Of a stretch of DNA of 64,000 nucleotides, positions 1 to 11,366 are shown piece after piece. The position numbers and the translations under genes were made by a program. The notes under the pieces were generated by a model. The model made no database searches and had not been told where the DNA came from. It was given only the letters and a program-made list of their open reading frames with translations. This DNA comes from Sminthopsis crassicaudata (taxonomy: Eukaryota), in NCBI RefSeq assembly GCF_048593235.1, contig NC_133622.1:238235198-238299197 (forward strand), in the 5' to 3' direction. How positions within the stretch are numbered: the stretch's first letter is position 1; each line of letters begins with the position of its first letter.

Positions 1-2
1 CC

Positions 3-131
3 CTTCTCATAGATAAAGCTGTAGCTGTCTTTTATTTTATGGTGGTACCCATGTTAAATCCTTTAATCTACACATTAAGGAACACAGAGGTGAAAAATGC
101 CATGAGGAAACTATGCTATGTCAGAAACTGA
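3..131 (+). CDS. OR0: 3' end of an OR4C12-like olfactory receptor (5' part outside window); C-terminus frameshifted
   Basis: Frame from nt 3 reads [42 protein letters not shown], the OR TM7 [12 protein letters not shown] motif, nearly identical to the 3' end of OR2. A +2 shift at CTATGCTATG (111-120) gives TGA at 129-131 instead of the paralogous TAA at 146-148. Confidence 0.9.
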   Translation, partial: LLIDKAVAVFYFMVVPMLNPLIYTLRNTEVKNAMRKLCYVRN

Positions 132-848
132 ATTTACATGATAAGTAAACAGATCCTAAGAATACATCCTTTGTGATACAAGAACTTAGGGTAAAACATT
201 AAATAGTACTGGGCCAATGGTAATTGTTCCAGGCCATTGAGAAGTAAAGAAAATTGACAGCACTTATATAGCAAAGCATGGGCTGCCTTTATTATTATGC
301 CGAAATTATCCAGAAAAATGTATACTTTGAGATATAATAACTTTTGAGAATATAATCATATTCTCTAATCCCCCAAATTCTTAGGCTGAGCATTTACACA
401 GTTAACACAAGACTTCTTTTGTACCCTGGTCTCTTATCCAACAGACTCCCTCTCAAAAGCTTTAAGATGATCAGATGTCTCTTCTGATCAAAGCAAATAT
501 CCCTGCCTCTTTCCCTATGCATGGACATTGATCCTGTGATTTAATACAAAATTTACTCAGTGTATTTCAACAAGTTGGCTTGAAAGCATTTGCTACAGCT
601 TATCCTAGTTTTAAAAGCTTGATCCTGTTACCATAATTGATATTTACATCTCTGGCTTATGGCTTTCCATATTTTTTTTATTCCTTATTTCTATCATGGT
701 CAAGAGAGAAGGAGAATGTGATATTTTAAATAATGAAAGAAATTCATCTTAACTTCTCTTACCAGTTGCCTCTGTTAACTATTGTGTTACATTTATATCT
801 TTATGTATTATAATTGCTAAGAAATTTTATTATTTACAAAGACTGCCA

Positions 849-871
849 TCATACATACATACATATATATG

Positions 872-922
<51 letters not shown>
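849..922. repeat. (CATA)n/(TA)n microsatellite
   Basis: Directly visible compound repeat. Confidence 0.95.
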
Positions 923-924
<2 letters not shown>

Positions 925-2321
925 TCATTTGATCAGCATAGCAGAGCATTATGTAAATCTAATTATCTAGTCTTACTGTATACAGAGCTAGAGAGGAAGA
1001 AGGAAAAATAACCTTTCCCAGAGGCTCAAGAAAATTAAGTGGATGATAGGAGAATAATTTTAGAGATAATGAGTCCAACTTCTTGGTTTTTATGGTTGTT
1101 GTTTGTTTTGTTCTTTAGCCAGTGAATAATGAGGTATTTATTAGCTTCTAGGGGTCACATAGGTAATATTATCTGAGGTGGAATCTGAATTCAGGTCTTC
1201 ACTCCAGATCCAGTTTTTTATCCACTACATGAAATATCTCTTGTCTTTGGGTTGCAACACATCCTTAGAACTGCTAGAAAAAAGAAGCAAGATTCCTGAC
1301 TCTTGGAAGTGGAATTATTTTTTTAACACATTCTCATTAGAGTCAAATGCTGTGAATTTTATGGCAGAATATAAAATTTTCTGAATTTGAAAGTTAAGTA
1401 CATAAATCCGTACCATATGAAAATAAAAAAAAAAAATCATCTTGGAAAGTTTATAATATTGTAGATAATGTCTTTTAAAATACTTTGAAGGTCAGTGTGA
1501 TTGCAAAAAATGATTGTTAGAAGCAATTCTCTAAAAGTTATTACTTTTGACATCACATTCATTTCTATCTCCTACTTTGTAGGGACCTCAGAGACTATTG
1601 ATTCTATGCAGTAGATAGCAATACAAATAGAAGTTTTAATCATGCTATCAGATAAAGGAAAAAATATTTTAATTGCATAGAAAGAGATACAAAAGGAAAA
1701 TACATTTTGCTTGAATCAATTATATGAAATAAAGTAGTACAAATAACAAACATATTTCAAATGCATAATATCTAAGTTCATGAAGGAAAAAATAGCACAA
1801 CCACAAGAAGAAACAGGCAATAATATAATGGTAACATGATATTGCGATGCCCCTCTTTCTGTTTTGTATCATTCTAACAGAAAAATAAACAAAAGGAAAA
1901 CAGAAATTGAAAAATTTACTGGAGAAAGCTGGGTTTTTATGCTAAGGGGAATATATACATTTTTCTGTGCCACATGAAAGTTTTATAAAAAAAAATAGCT
2001 TTCTATTTTGGAACAGATATTGCAATCAAGTGCAGAAAAATAGTTGCCTTTATAGACAACATAATTAAAATAGGAATCAAAATTTTCCTTTAAAATTTTT
2101 CCTTAAAAAAAGAGTTAATCCTCGGATATTAATAATTGAATTTTAAGTAATAAGTTGGTCAAAGAACACAACTTAAAATTAGTGTATTAAAATAGTGTTA
2201 ATGCAAAAATGTATCAAAATTTCTGGTACACAGCTAAATCTAAAGTCAGGAGAAACCATGTCCTTAAAAATATGTACCTAACAAAGCAGAAACAAGAGTA
2301 TTAGAAAGTTAAAAATATGTA

Positions 2322-2371
<50 letters not shown>

Positions 2372-2521
2372 CATTTATATATAAATGAAGTTTATATTGA
2401 TATTTACTGATATATTGAAATTTATATATTGTACAAATTACATATATATGCATATACAAAATATGCATGTATTATATATATGTATATATATATACATATA
2501 TATATATGTACTGAGTAATAT

Positions 2522-3046
2522 ATATTTTTTTATTTTTAATAGTTTTTATTTACCAGATATTTGCATGGGCAATTTTACAACATTGACAATTTTCAAAACA
2601 TTTGTTCCAATTTTTCCCCTCTTCCCCCTCCTGATGGCAAGTCGATCAATGCATGTTAAATATGTTAGAGTATAAATTAAATATAATATATGTATACATG
2701 TCCAAACAGCTATTTTGCTGTACAAAAAGAATCGGACTTTGAAATAATGTACATTTAGCCTGTGAAGGAAATCCAAAATTTTTTCCAAAATTTGGAAATC
2801 CAAAATGCAGGCAGACAAAATTAGAGGGATTAGAAATTCTATGTAGTGGTTCATAGTCATCTCCCAGAGTTCTTTCGCTGGGTGTAGTTGGTTTAGTTCA
2901 TTACTGCTCTATTGGAACTTATTTGGTTCATCTCATTGTTGGAGAGGGCCACGTTCATCAGAATTGCTCATCATACAGTATTGTTGTTGAAGTATATAAT
3001 GATCTCCTGGTCCTGCTCATTTCACTCAGCATCAGTTCATGTAAGT
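2522..3046 (-). mobile_element. 5'-truncated young L1 3' end
   Basis: Reverse complement of the marsupial L1 3' end (GACTTACATGAACTGATGCTGAGTGAAATGAGCAGGACCAGG...) with a T-rich tail on the left. TSD CTGAGTAATAT at 2511-2521 and 3047-3057. Confidence 0.9.
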
Positions 3047-3688
3047 CTGAGTAATATTATTAATTCTCTGTGTATGTACTGATATATATATATACTATAT
3101 ATATCAGTAAATATATATATATTTATAAATATATATGAAATATATATTTATATATATATATAAAGAGAGAGAGAGAGAGAAACACATATACATATATACC
3201 TGGATTGAAATGCATATCACTTTACAGCAGAATAACAATGCCATCAAAAGAGAATTAATAAAATTAAAAGTTAAAAAATAAATTGAACTAATAAGCAAAA
3301 CTTGAACCCGGGTGTGTAAAAAAATGAAAAATGTTATTGGAAAAGTTAATTTGATAACAAAAGAAAATATTATCACCAACAAAACTAATCTGTGAATTTA
3401 TCATGGATGCAGATGAAGTCAAGAAATTATTAGAATTTATCTTGACAAATTCAAAGCCAGAAAATTAATAATTTAAGAGAAATGAATGAATATTCTCTCT
3501 GTGTATGGATACATACATATATATATATGTATATATATATATATGCACTTGTATCATCTATATCATAAACAAAATAAATGGAATACTGTTATGGATCTTA
3601 GGAGGAAAAATAAGATCAATTCATAAATGAGCTTCTTGAGAAATAATCCCTGTTACTAGATAGATTTGTAAGTTAATTTTCCCAAATA

Positions 3689-4022
3689 TTTAAGGGGGGC
3701 TGGAACTCTGAGAAGGTATACTTGAATCAAGGTGCTTATAGTTAAACACCTACTCAGTATAAGTTATCTGTGGTAATGTAATGGTTGTGAATTCTCAGTG
3801 TGCTATAGTGATGTAATCATAGTGAGGTATTTAAGGGAGTCTGAGACATAGAAGACTCTCTCAGCCACAGACACACAAAAGACTCATGACTCCAGATTCC
3901 AGATTCCAGACTCCATCTTTGACCAGCTTTGTAGTGGCCCTTCTGCCTCCTTCACTTCTCAACCAAGACCAAGGACTTGGGCTGATCCTGAGGTCCACCA
4001 GAAAGCTAGCCCAGACACTACA
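3689..4022 (+). mobile_element. Solo ERV LTR
   Basis: GC-richer island inside the old L1, ending ...CAGACACTACA. Shares GGCTGGAACTCTG and GACCAAGG...CAGAAAGCTAGCC blocks with the LTR at 51721. Absent at the paralogous sites (about 25710 and 41470). Left end degenerate; no clear TSD. Confidence 0.75.
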
Positions 4023-4074
4023 ATTTATCCCAACATTTTATTAATTAGACCTTATTTTATATTCTCATATACCT

Positions 4075-4545
4075 CAATGTTCATTGGAGATAGTGACAAC
4101 AGCCATGAAGTTTAAAAAATGCTTCCTTCTTGGAAAGAAAGCTATGGCAAATTGGCATAGCACACTAAAAAGCAGACACATTCTAAAACTATGACTCTTT
4201 CAGAATCAATTCAGGGCTATGAAAATTGGATTATGAGGAAAGATGAGAACTTTAAAATTGATACTTTCTAATGGTGGATTTAGAGAAGATTTTTTTTCAA
4301 GTCAATATTTTAAAAAGTTAATTCACTATTCATGGCAAAGTCAAATATTGAAGTTGAAGTTTATTTACTATGACTACATAATTAGAATATGAGGTTCACT
4401 GGAATAGATATTGATTTGGTGGAAAATGGAAAGTAAAAGGAGAAAATGAATGTGGACAGACTGAAAAAAGAAGAACAAACAAGGGGCAGATTGCTATAGT
4501 CCATTGGTCATGAAGTGTCATACATAAATGAACCAATATTGGCAG
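4075..4545 (+). mobile_element. RTE/BovB-like LINE 3' fragment
   Basis: Degenerate translation resembling DSDNSHEVKKCFLLGKKAMANWHSTLKSRHI, matching the BovB RT C-terminus DGDCSHEIKRRLLLGRKAMTNLDSILKSRDI (recalled). Confidence 0.8.
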
Positions 4546-6049
4546 AAATTGCACTTGCCTCAGAATCTGCAATTTTTTTTTGAAAACTCAACCAATATGA
4601 AACTGAGTAAATCATTGGAATAAATTAGGTACATAATCCACTGTAGTTAATAACAATAATTACCTAGTGTTTTATATACTCAAACATTCACATTTTGAGA
4701 CAATAAGCTCTATCTGATAAAAAAAAAAATTTCTTGGAAAACTGGAAAGCATTCTGACAGCTTGTTAGCTGTAGACTAATAATACAATATATACTCATGA
4801 TATCAAAAGGGTATGTGATTTAGATATAACAGATGGTATCAAAATCAGATTCGGAGAGCAGAAAATATTATATTTCCAATATTTACAGATAGGGAAAGAC
4901 TTTATTACCAAATAAGAGAGAAAGAACATAATGGGATGTGAGGTGGATAACACAAATTCCATTAAGCTTAAAAAAAATCAATAAACAACATGGAAATAGC
5001 TAAGGTTAGAATTAGACTGAGAGGAACAATAATAATAATGAAAAAAATGAGAACATAAATTTATAGAAAAGTTATTCTGTAAATGCATAGGTATCCAAAT
5101 CAAATTCATATGAATATGAATTTCTCTAGCTGAGAAATGATAAAAATTATGAACAGGCAGTTTTTAGGAGAAGAAATCAAAGCTTACTTATAGTAATGTT
5201 TTTAAAAAGGTTCTAAATCACCATTGTTTTAAAAAATGCAAATTTTGAAATACCATCTTATAATTATGTTATTTGCTTTTATGACAGAAAAGGAAAGTTA
5301 CCAATGTTTGAGGGAATGTGGAAAAATTGAGACACTACTGCCATGTTGCTGATCTTGTTATCTAACCCAACAATTTAAGAAGGGAATTTGAAATTATTAC
5401 CAAAGAATTGAAAAAAGGAATATGATAAACACAGAAATAACTCATCTGGATTTATAGCCCAAATACATTAGAGAAAAATGAAAAATAAGTATGTATTCAA
5501 ACATATTTACAACAGTCTTTTGATGATAAATTCTTGGAAATTGAGGGGATATCCATCAATTGGGGAATAGCTGAATAAGTTATGTATATGATCTTTGTGA
5601 AATACATTTTTGCTACAAGAAGTGTTGAGCAATATACTTTCAGAAAAACTTGGGGAAACTTACATGAACTGATGCATAATACAATGAGCGGAACTAAAAG
5701 AACATTTTAAACAGTAACAACAAAAATGTTATGATGATCTGCTGTGAATGACAGCTATTCTCAGCAATATAGTAATATTATAGTAAGACAATCCTGGAAG
5801 ACTTGGAATAAAAAAATGCTATCTACCTTCACTTCATTTTTCTTTTATGTCCACATCTTATTTGTAACATGTTTAATGAGCAAATGTTTTGCATGAATGT
5901 ATATGTATAATTTATATGAATTTTTTTTGCCTTTTCAAAGAAGAGGATGTGGAAGGAAAGAGATAGAATTTCAAACTCAAAATTAAAAAAAAAAATGTTG
6001 AAAAGAGTTGTTTACATGTAATTAAGAAAAAATAAGATTTAAAAAAGAA

Positions 6050-7330
6050 AATTAAAAAAAATAAATTTTGGATCATTTTTTCCAGCACTAAATTTATATT
6101 CTGTGAAGTTTCTCTTCACACAGGATTTTGAATCCATGCTTATCCTCATGAGGACTAGTCTTAATGGAACTTTAACCCCATGGCTTTGAAGGCAGAGAAT
6201 GAAAACCCCAAAGGTTGGGAAAAGAGCCAAATAGATCTCTCCTATTAAAACAAAGCTCTTCAAGAATAATTTATAATTAAGTCCTATGAGAATGAAGCAT
6301 GAGGCATGCAAACAGGCCAGTATTCTTTTTTTAAGATCCTCTTTAAACATTTGTAAACAAAGAAGAAATCAGTTTCTTCTTTTTTCCCCTGTATGGATAT
6401 TTGAAGAAGTGGAATGGCTTGAGAGAACCACTTGGATTCATTTCCATCATAGGTTTTGTCTATTGTTCTGTAATTAGAGGAATGAATTCTCCTTACTTCA
6501 CTGTTTTCCTGATGCTAAATTGAATCTGGGATTTTCTGGGAATATAGCTTAAGTTTGTCTACTTCTCAGTACCTGGATTACTTTGACCAAAAACAATGAT
6601 TTTCATGTCTCTCTGACACATTGCTTAATTTTAGAAGACATTAATTACAGAAAGCTGGGAACATGGACAATTCATACATACTTATGCAGAAATGAACGTG
6701 TTTAATCAAACAGCTATGTTTTGTACTCCTGAATATATCAGAAGCCACTTGAAGCCAAATAAAACACAAAAGTAAGTTTCTCAACTTAGAATATATTTGT
6801 CATTTAATTAATAATGAAATAATACTAGACCACTCAATTTATTGAAATATATTATTAGTTATCTAGCACATTCTGGATATAAAATTTATAATAAAACTTT
6901 AAACAACACAGGAAGCTGGTATAGTGGGTAATGAACCAGGCTTCTTGTATTCATGAAAATTTAGCAAAATCTTACCTTTAGCATAATAGATTTGACATTG
7001 GAAAAGTCACTTGACCCTAAATTTCTGTGGTTATGAATTTCAAAGGAGGTCTGAATGTGTATTGGTGGGGGGGTGGACATTTTCTTTGAGAGATTCTAAA
7101 TGAATGAATTATAGGTTAAATTCTACAATAATAAAGTTTATAGAAACACTTTTCTCTCTCCTCCATCCATATGTTATTGACCAGTGCAAAGTTATTAATT
7201 TTGGGCTTCTAAAATACCATGCAGATATTGTACTAGAGTAATAGAAATAGCTCTAGGGTTATGTTGTCACCAACAAACAAAAGATTCCCATTATAGAACT
7301 TCCTATTGAATCAGATATTTTGCATTTTTC
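6050..7330 (+). promoter_or_regulatory. Conserved upstream block of OR1; candidate promoter / 5' non-coding exon region
   Basis: Mostly non-repeat block found upstream of all four complete plus-strand ORs. Contains TAATTAAGTCCTATGAGA (6274-6291), a homeodomain-like plus O/E-like composite. Function is inferred. Confidence 0.4.
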
Positions 7331-7338
7331 AGTAATAT

Positions 7339-7545
7339 NNNNNNNNNNNNNNNNNNNNNNNNNNNNNNNNNNNNNNNNNNNNNNNNNNNNNNNNNNNNNN
7401 NNNNNNNNNNNNNNNNNNNNNNNNNNNNNNNNNNNNNNNNNNNNNNNNNNNNNNNNNNNNNNNNNNNNNNNNNNNNNNNNNNNNNNNNNNNNNNNNNNNN
7501 NNNNNNNNNNNNNNNNNNNNNNNNNNNNNNNNNNNNNNNNNNNNN
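7339..7545. other. Assembly gap (207 N)
   Basis: Run of N. Confidence 1.
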
Positions 7546-8237
7546 TGCACTGCTATAGCTCATAGAAACTAAGTTTCAATAGATTTTAAGACAAAGACTT
7601 TAATATTTTGAGGAGAAATAAAGATGTTCTTGAACGTGAACTGTCATGTTCATATAAATGTTAATCAAAATCTCATATATGTATGTTCATTGCTTGTTGT
7701 TATTGTTGTTTCAGTATAAATCACTTCAGCAAGGCCTAAAAAAAGTCTAAATAGTCATCAACAGTAAGAAGAAAATGAGATTGAAAAGTGATTATAATAA
7801 TAATAATAAAAAGGAATGAAGGCCACAAATGAATCTAATGATTTAAGCTACCTGATTGACACAGGATATAGAGCATAAGGCCAAGAGTAAGATTAACATT
7901 TTGGTTAAGACTTGAACTGGAAGATTACAAATTTCCTTTTCTTGTGTACAATATTGGGACCATAAACAACTGACAGACAGTGAGACTTATTGGGGAAACT
8001 TTTTTTTTTCACTTGATGAATATATTTGTCATTTGAAGATCTCAGTTTTAAACATTATTTTTTAAGTTATTACTTGTGAGACCCTCAATTTAGATTAAAT
8101 CACATGGAGAGTTAAATGTTAGAAGTGTAGAAATTTTATGCAGAATGTTCCTCACAAAACACCAGGAAACCAAGTAATTAAATAGTAATTAATTCCTACT
8201 GATATATGAATTAAGTCAAGCTGTTAAGAATACAGGG

Positions 8238-8633
8238 TTCCTCCATAGCTCTTTTCAACAATGACATGATTGAGGCCAGTTCCAATGCTCTTGTAAAGAA
8301 GAGAGTCATCTACACCCAGAGAGAGACTATGGAAACTGAGTGTGGATCACAACAGAGCATTTTCACTCTTTTTGTGGTTGTTTTCTGTCTCTTTTTTTCT
8401 CTTTTTGATCTGATTTTTCTTGTGCAGCACAATAATTGTATAAATATGTATCCATATATTAGGTTTAACACATATTTTTGAACATATTTAACATGTATTA
8501 AATTGCTTGTCATCTAGGAGAAGGGGTGAGGTGAAGGGGGGAAATTGGAACACAAGATTTTGCAAGGGTCAATGTTGAAAAATTATCTGTGAATATGTTT
8601 TGAAAAAAAAAGCTTTAATAAAAAAATAAAAAA
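8238..8633 (+). mobile_element. L1 3' UTR fragment, orthologous-site copy of 33511-33903
   Basis: L1 3' UTR (CTCTTTTCAACAATGA...ATCTACACCCAGAGAGAGACTATGG) with A tail, preceded by AAGAATACAGGG as in the OR3 unit. Confidence 0.85.
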
Positions 8634-9049
8634 GCAAGGGTCACCCCCAGGGTTTTATATCTTAATTATATAAAGATTATATAAATGAATGTAAAATTAT
8701 ATTTTATATCTTAATTACATAAAGTACAATTAGTTCACTTATAAAGAGTAGTTTCTTTATGGTCCTCATAAGAACAGTGCAAATTGACTAATTTTTCTTT
8801 CAAAATTCTTCTAAGAACACGTGGCAAACTAGAGATGGAGGATACTAAGATTATCCTTGTTCAAGAATAAGCTGAATTTCATAATGTGCCCAGTGGTTAC
8901 TGATCTTTGAGGTTTCTTAATTATCTTCTATCTCTAAGATTTCATGTCACAAATTCAATATGTCAGTATGAGATAAATCATTAAGAATTTATGATAATAT
9001 GTCATTGTTCCACATTTTTATGGGAGTGGAAGTGAAGGGGGTAGATTTG

Positions 9050-9260
9050 GTTACTAATGACTTTGTGCTAGTACTGTACAAAGTACTTAATAAAACAAGT
9101 ACTATTTTTTAAGTATCCTGAAAAGTAGCTATTATCATCATCCCCGAATTATGAAAGCAAACCAAGTTTAATAGTCAGGATCACACAAATTGAAAGATTC
9201 TGAGCCTGGATTTGTCTCAGTACTTCATCACCTGAAGCCTAGGGCTATCCACTATGCCAT
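9050..9260 (-). mobile_element. MIR-like SINE
   Basis: Core-SINE-like sequence in reverse orientation; paralogues at about 19690-19910 and 34270-34480. Confidence 0.55.
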
Positions 9261-9898
9261 CAGTTGCCATGGACAGTTGGATATAATCTTAAGTACTATC
9301 AAATGTAAAATAGAAGAAATTGTAAGTACATATGGGTTAGGACTTCTTTGCCTTCAGGACAAGTGACTTTGGTCCATGGCATTAATCTATTATACATTCA
9401 AAAGATGTCCTATCAGTAAGTTTGGGAAAGATAATGACTTGAATATCATAAACTCTTAAAATTAATTATTTCTAGGGGACAATCTAATATTCAGGACTGT
9501 GACACAACCAGATGATGTTTTTCAACCCCACTAGGTACACTCGGTAAAGAGATCAGTAAGGAAATTACCTTACATATCAAAAGAAAAACAGGAATGACAA
9601 GTAAATGTTTTTTTTCTTTTTCAAACTTTGCTAACATATGGATTATATGTCATTAACCCAAATAGAACTTGGAAAAACCTTTTTTTACCTTTCACCTTTA
9701 CCCTTTAAGAAAATTTCTCCAGAGGATTCTCATCCCAAAAGGGATTGATTATTGTCTTTAAAATTAAAGATTAGAAGATACACTGGAAAGGTGAAAAATC
9801 ACAATTACCTGAGAAAGTTAAAAAAAAAATAACAACTCAATAACATACTTTGTTCTTGATGATTTGCCTACAGTTGTATACTGAATTATTTTAACTAC

Positions 9899-9958
9899 TC
9901 CTTATTTTCTTTGCAGATAAAGCCATTTCTTGTGATTCTGTTCTTTTATTTCACACAG
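9899..9958 (+). promoter_or_regulatory. Tandem candidate 3' splice acceptors upstream of the OR1 ATG
   Basis: CTTATTTTCTTTGCAG (AG 9915-16) and TTCTTTTATTTCACACAG|ATG (AG 9957-58). The same pair precedes OR2, OR3 and OR4. Confidence 0.6.
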
Positions 9959-10855
9959 ATGGAAAAAGAAAGGAATGTGACAGAATTCATCTTATTAGGA
10001 CTTACACAGAATTTGAAGACGCAGAAAGTAATATTTGCCTTGTTTCTGATCTTATACATAGCAACACTGACAGGCAATCTTCTCATTATGGTGACAATCA
10101 GCAACAGTCAGACTTTAAACTCCCCTATGTATTTCTTTCTGGCACATTTATCTTTTATAGATACAATCTTTACATCTTCTTCAGCACCTAAACTTATTGT
10201 GGACTCCCTAAAAGAGAAGAAAACAATCTCCTTCAATTGGTGCATGACCCAAGTCTATGCAGAACATGCCTTTGGGGCTGCTGAGATCATCTTGCTCACA
10301 GTGATGGCCTATGATAGGTATGTTGCCATCTGTAAACCACTCCACTATACTACAATCATGAGCAGGAAATTGTGTGGTCTGCTTGTGGGGGTAGCTTGGA
10401 CAGGGGGCTTTCTTCATGCAACGATCCAGATTCTTTTCACAATCTGGCTGCCCTTCTGTGGACCCAACATTATAGATCACTTCATGTGTGACTTATACCC
10501 TTTGCTCAAACTTGTCTGCATGGACACCCATACCCTTGGTCTATTTGTGACAGCTAACAGTGGCTTCAACTGTCTGTTAAACTTCTTATTGATAATCTCT
10601 TATGCTGCCATTCTGCGCTCCCTGAAGAATCAAAGTGTTGAAGGCAGACGCAAAGCCCTCTCTACCTGTGTCTCCCATATCACTGTGGTTGTATTGTTTT
10701 TTTTGCCTTGCATATTTGTATACCTGAGGCCAGTGATGACCCTTCCCATAGATAAAGTTGCAGCTCTCTTTTATAGTATGGTGGCTCCCCTGTTAAACCC
10801 TTTAATCTACACACTAAGAAACACAGAGGTGAAAAATGCTATGAGGAAGCTCTGA
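9959..10855 (+). CDS. OR4C12-like: OR1: olfactory receptor 4C12-like, 298 aa, C-terminally truncated
   Basis: Single-exon 7TM ORF with [32 protein letters not shown] and [12 protein letters not shown] motifs. Start set at ATG 9959 by alignment to paralogues (the ORF track uses TTG 9911). Ends ...AMRKL* and has a one-codon deletion in TM5. Confidence 0.93.
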   Translation: MEKERNVTEFILLGLTQNLKTQKVIFALFLILYIATLTGNLLIMVTISNSQTLNSPMYFFLAHLSFIDTIFTSSSAPKLIVDSLKEKKTISFNWCMTQVYAEHAFGAAEIILLTVMAYDRYVAICKPLHYTTIMSRKLCGLLVGVAWTGGFLHATIQILFTIWLPFCGPNIIDHFMCDLYPLLKLVCMDTHTLGLFVTANSGFNCLLNFLLIISYAAILRSLKNQSVEGRRKALSTCVSHITVVVLFFLPCIFVYLRPVMTLPIDKVAALFYSMVAPLLNPLIYTLRNTEVKNAMRKL

Positions 10856-11366
10856 AAGTCAGAAAGTGGACTCTTTCTGGACTCAGAAAGTGAATTTAGG
10901 TAATAAGTAAATAGATCTATAAGGTAACATCCTCATTAATAATTACATATGAGAACTGAGAGCCAAGGTATTAAATAGGACTAGTCCAATGGTCATTGTG
11001 CTTGGAATTGAAAAGAACATTGACAGTACTTAATACAAGTCATAAACTAGTGAGATCAGCAACTACTTATCCAGAAAAGTAGATTTTAATATGAAATAAC
11101 TCTTTTTCTCTCTCCTCTCCCAAATCTCTAGACTGATCATTTCCACAGTCAATTCATGATATTTTTCCCTTGCTCCCTTACCCAGCAGATTCCCTTTCAG
11201 AATCCTTGAGATGCTCCAAGGTCCCTTCTGATCAAAGCAAATATTCCTTGATCTCCCCTATGCATGGTCTAATTTTTAAAAGACTCATTGTATTTTAACA
11301 AGCTGATCTGGAGGCATTTGCTATAGTTCATCCTAGAAGTTTTAGGACATTGGTGCTATAATTGAT

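Larger units (their letters stand above)
1630..6045 (+). mobile_element. Old degraded L1 (ORF2 and 3' UTR remnant), interrupted by younger insertions
   Basis: Decayed L1 ORF2-like segments (e.g. CAATGTTTGAGGGAATGTGGAAAAATTGAGACAC, encoding the C-terminal CWRGCG-like motif) and an L1 3' end (ACTTACATGAACTGATG...) ending in an A-rich tail near 6040. Paralogous copies occur in the other units. Boundaries approximate. Confidence 0.7.

Noticed and set aside
814-1011. Short ORFs with YI, CV, TH or N repeats (e.g. 814, 2385, 12136, 12235, 39557, 54002, 56471)
   Set aside because: Translations of microsatellites.
7303-7565. ORFs spanning the N run
   Set aside because: Artefacts of translating the assembly gap.
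9911-9958. 16-aa N-terminal extension of OR1 from TTG
   Set aside because: Non-ATG start lying in the acceptor region. All paralogues start at the aligned ATG.
10208-10480. Antisense ORF repeated in each plus-strand OR (also 20925-21248, 35475-35798, 50850-51122)
   Set aside because: Shadow frame of highly similar OR coding sequence; recurrence reflects paralogy, and lengths and starts vary.
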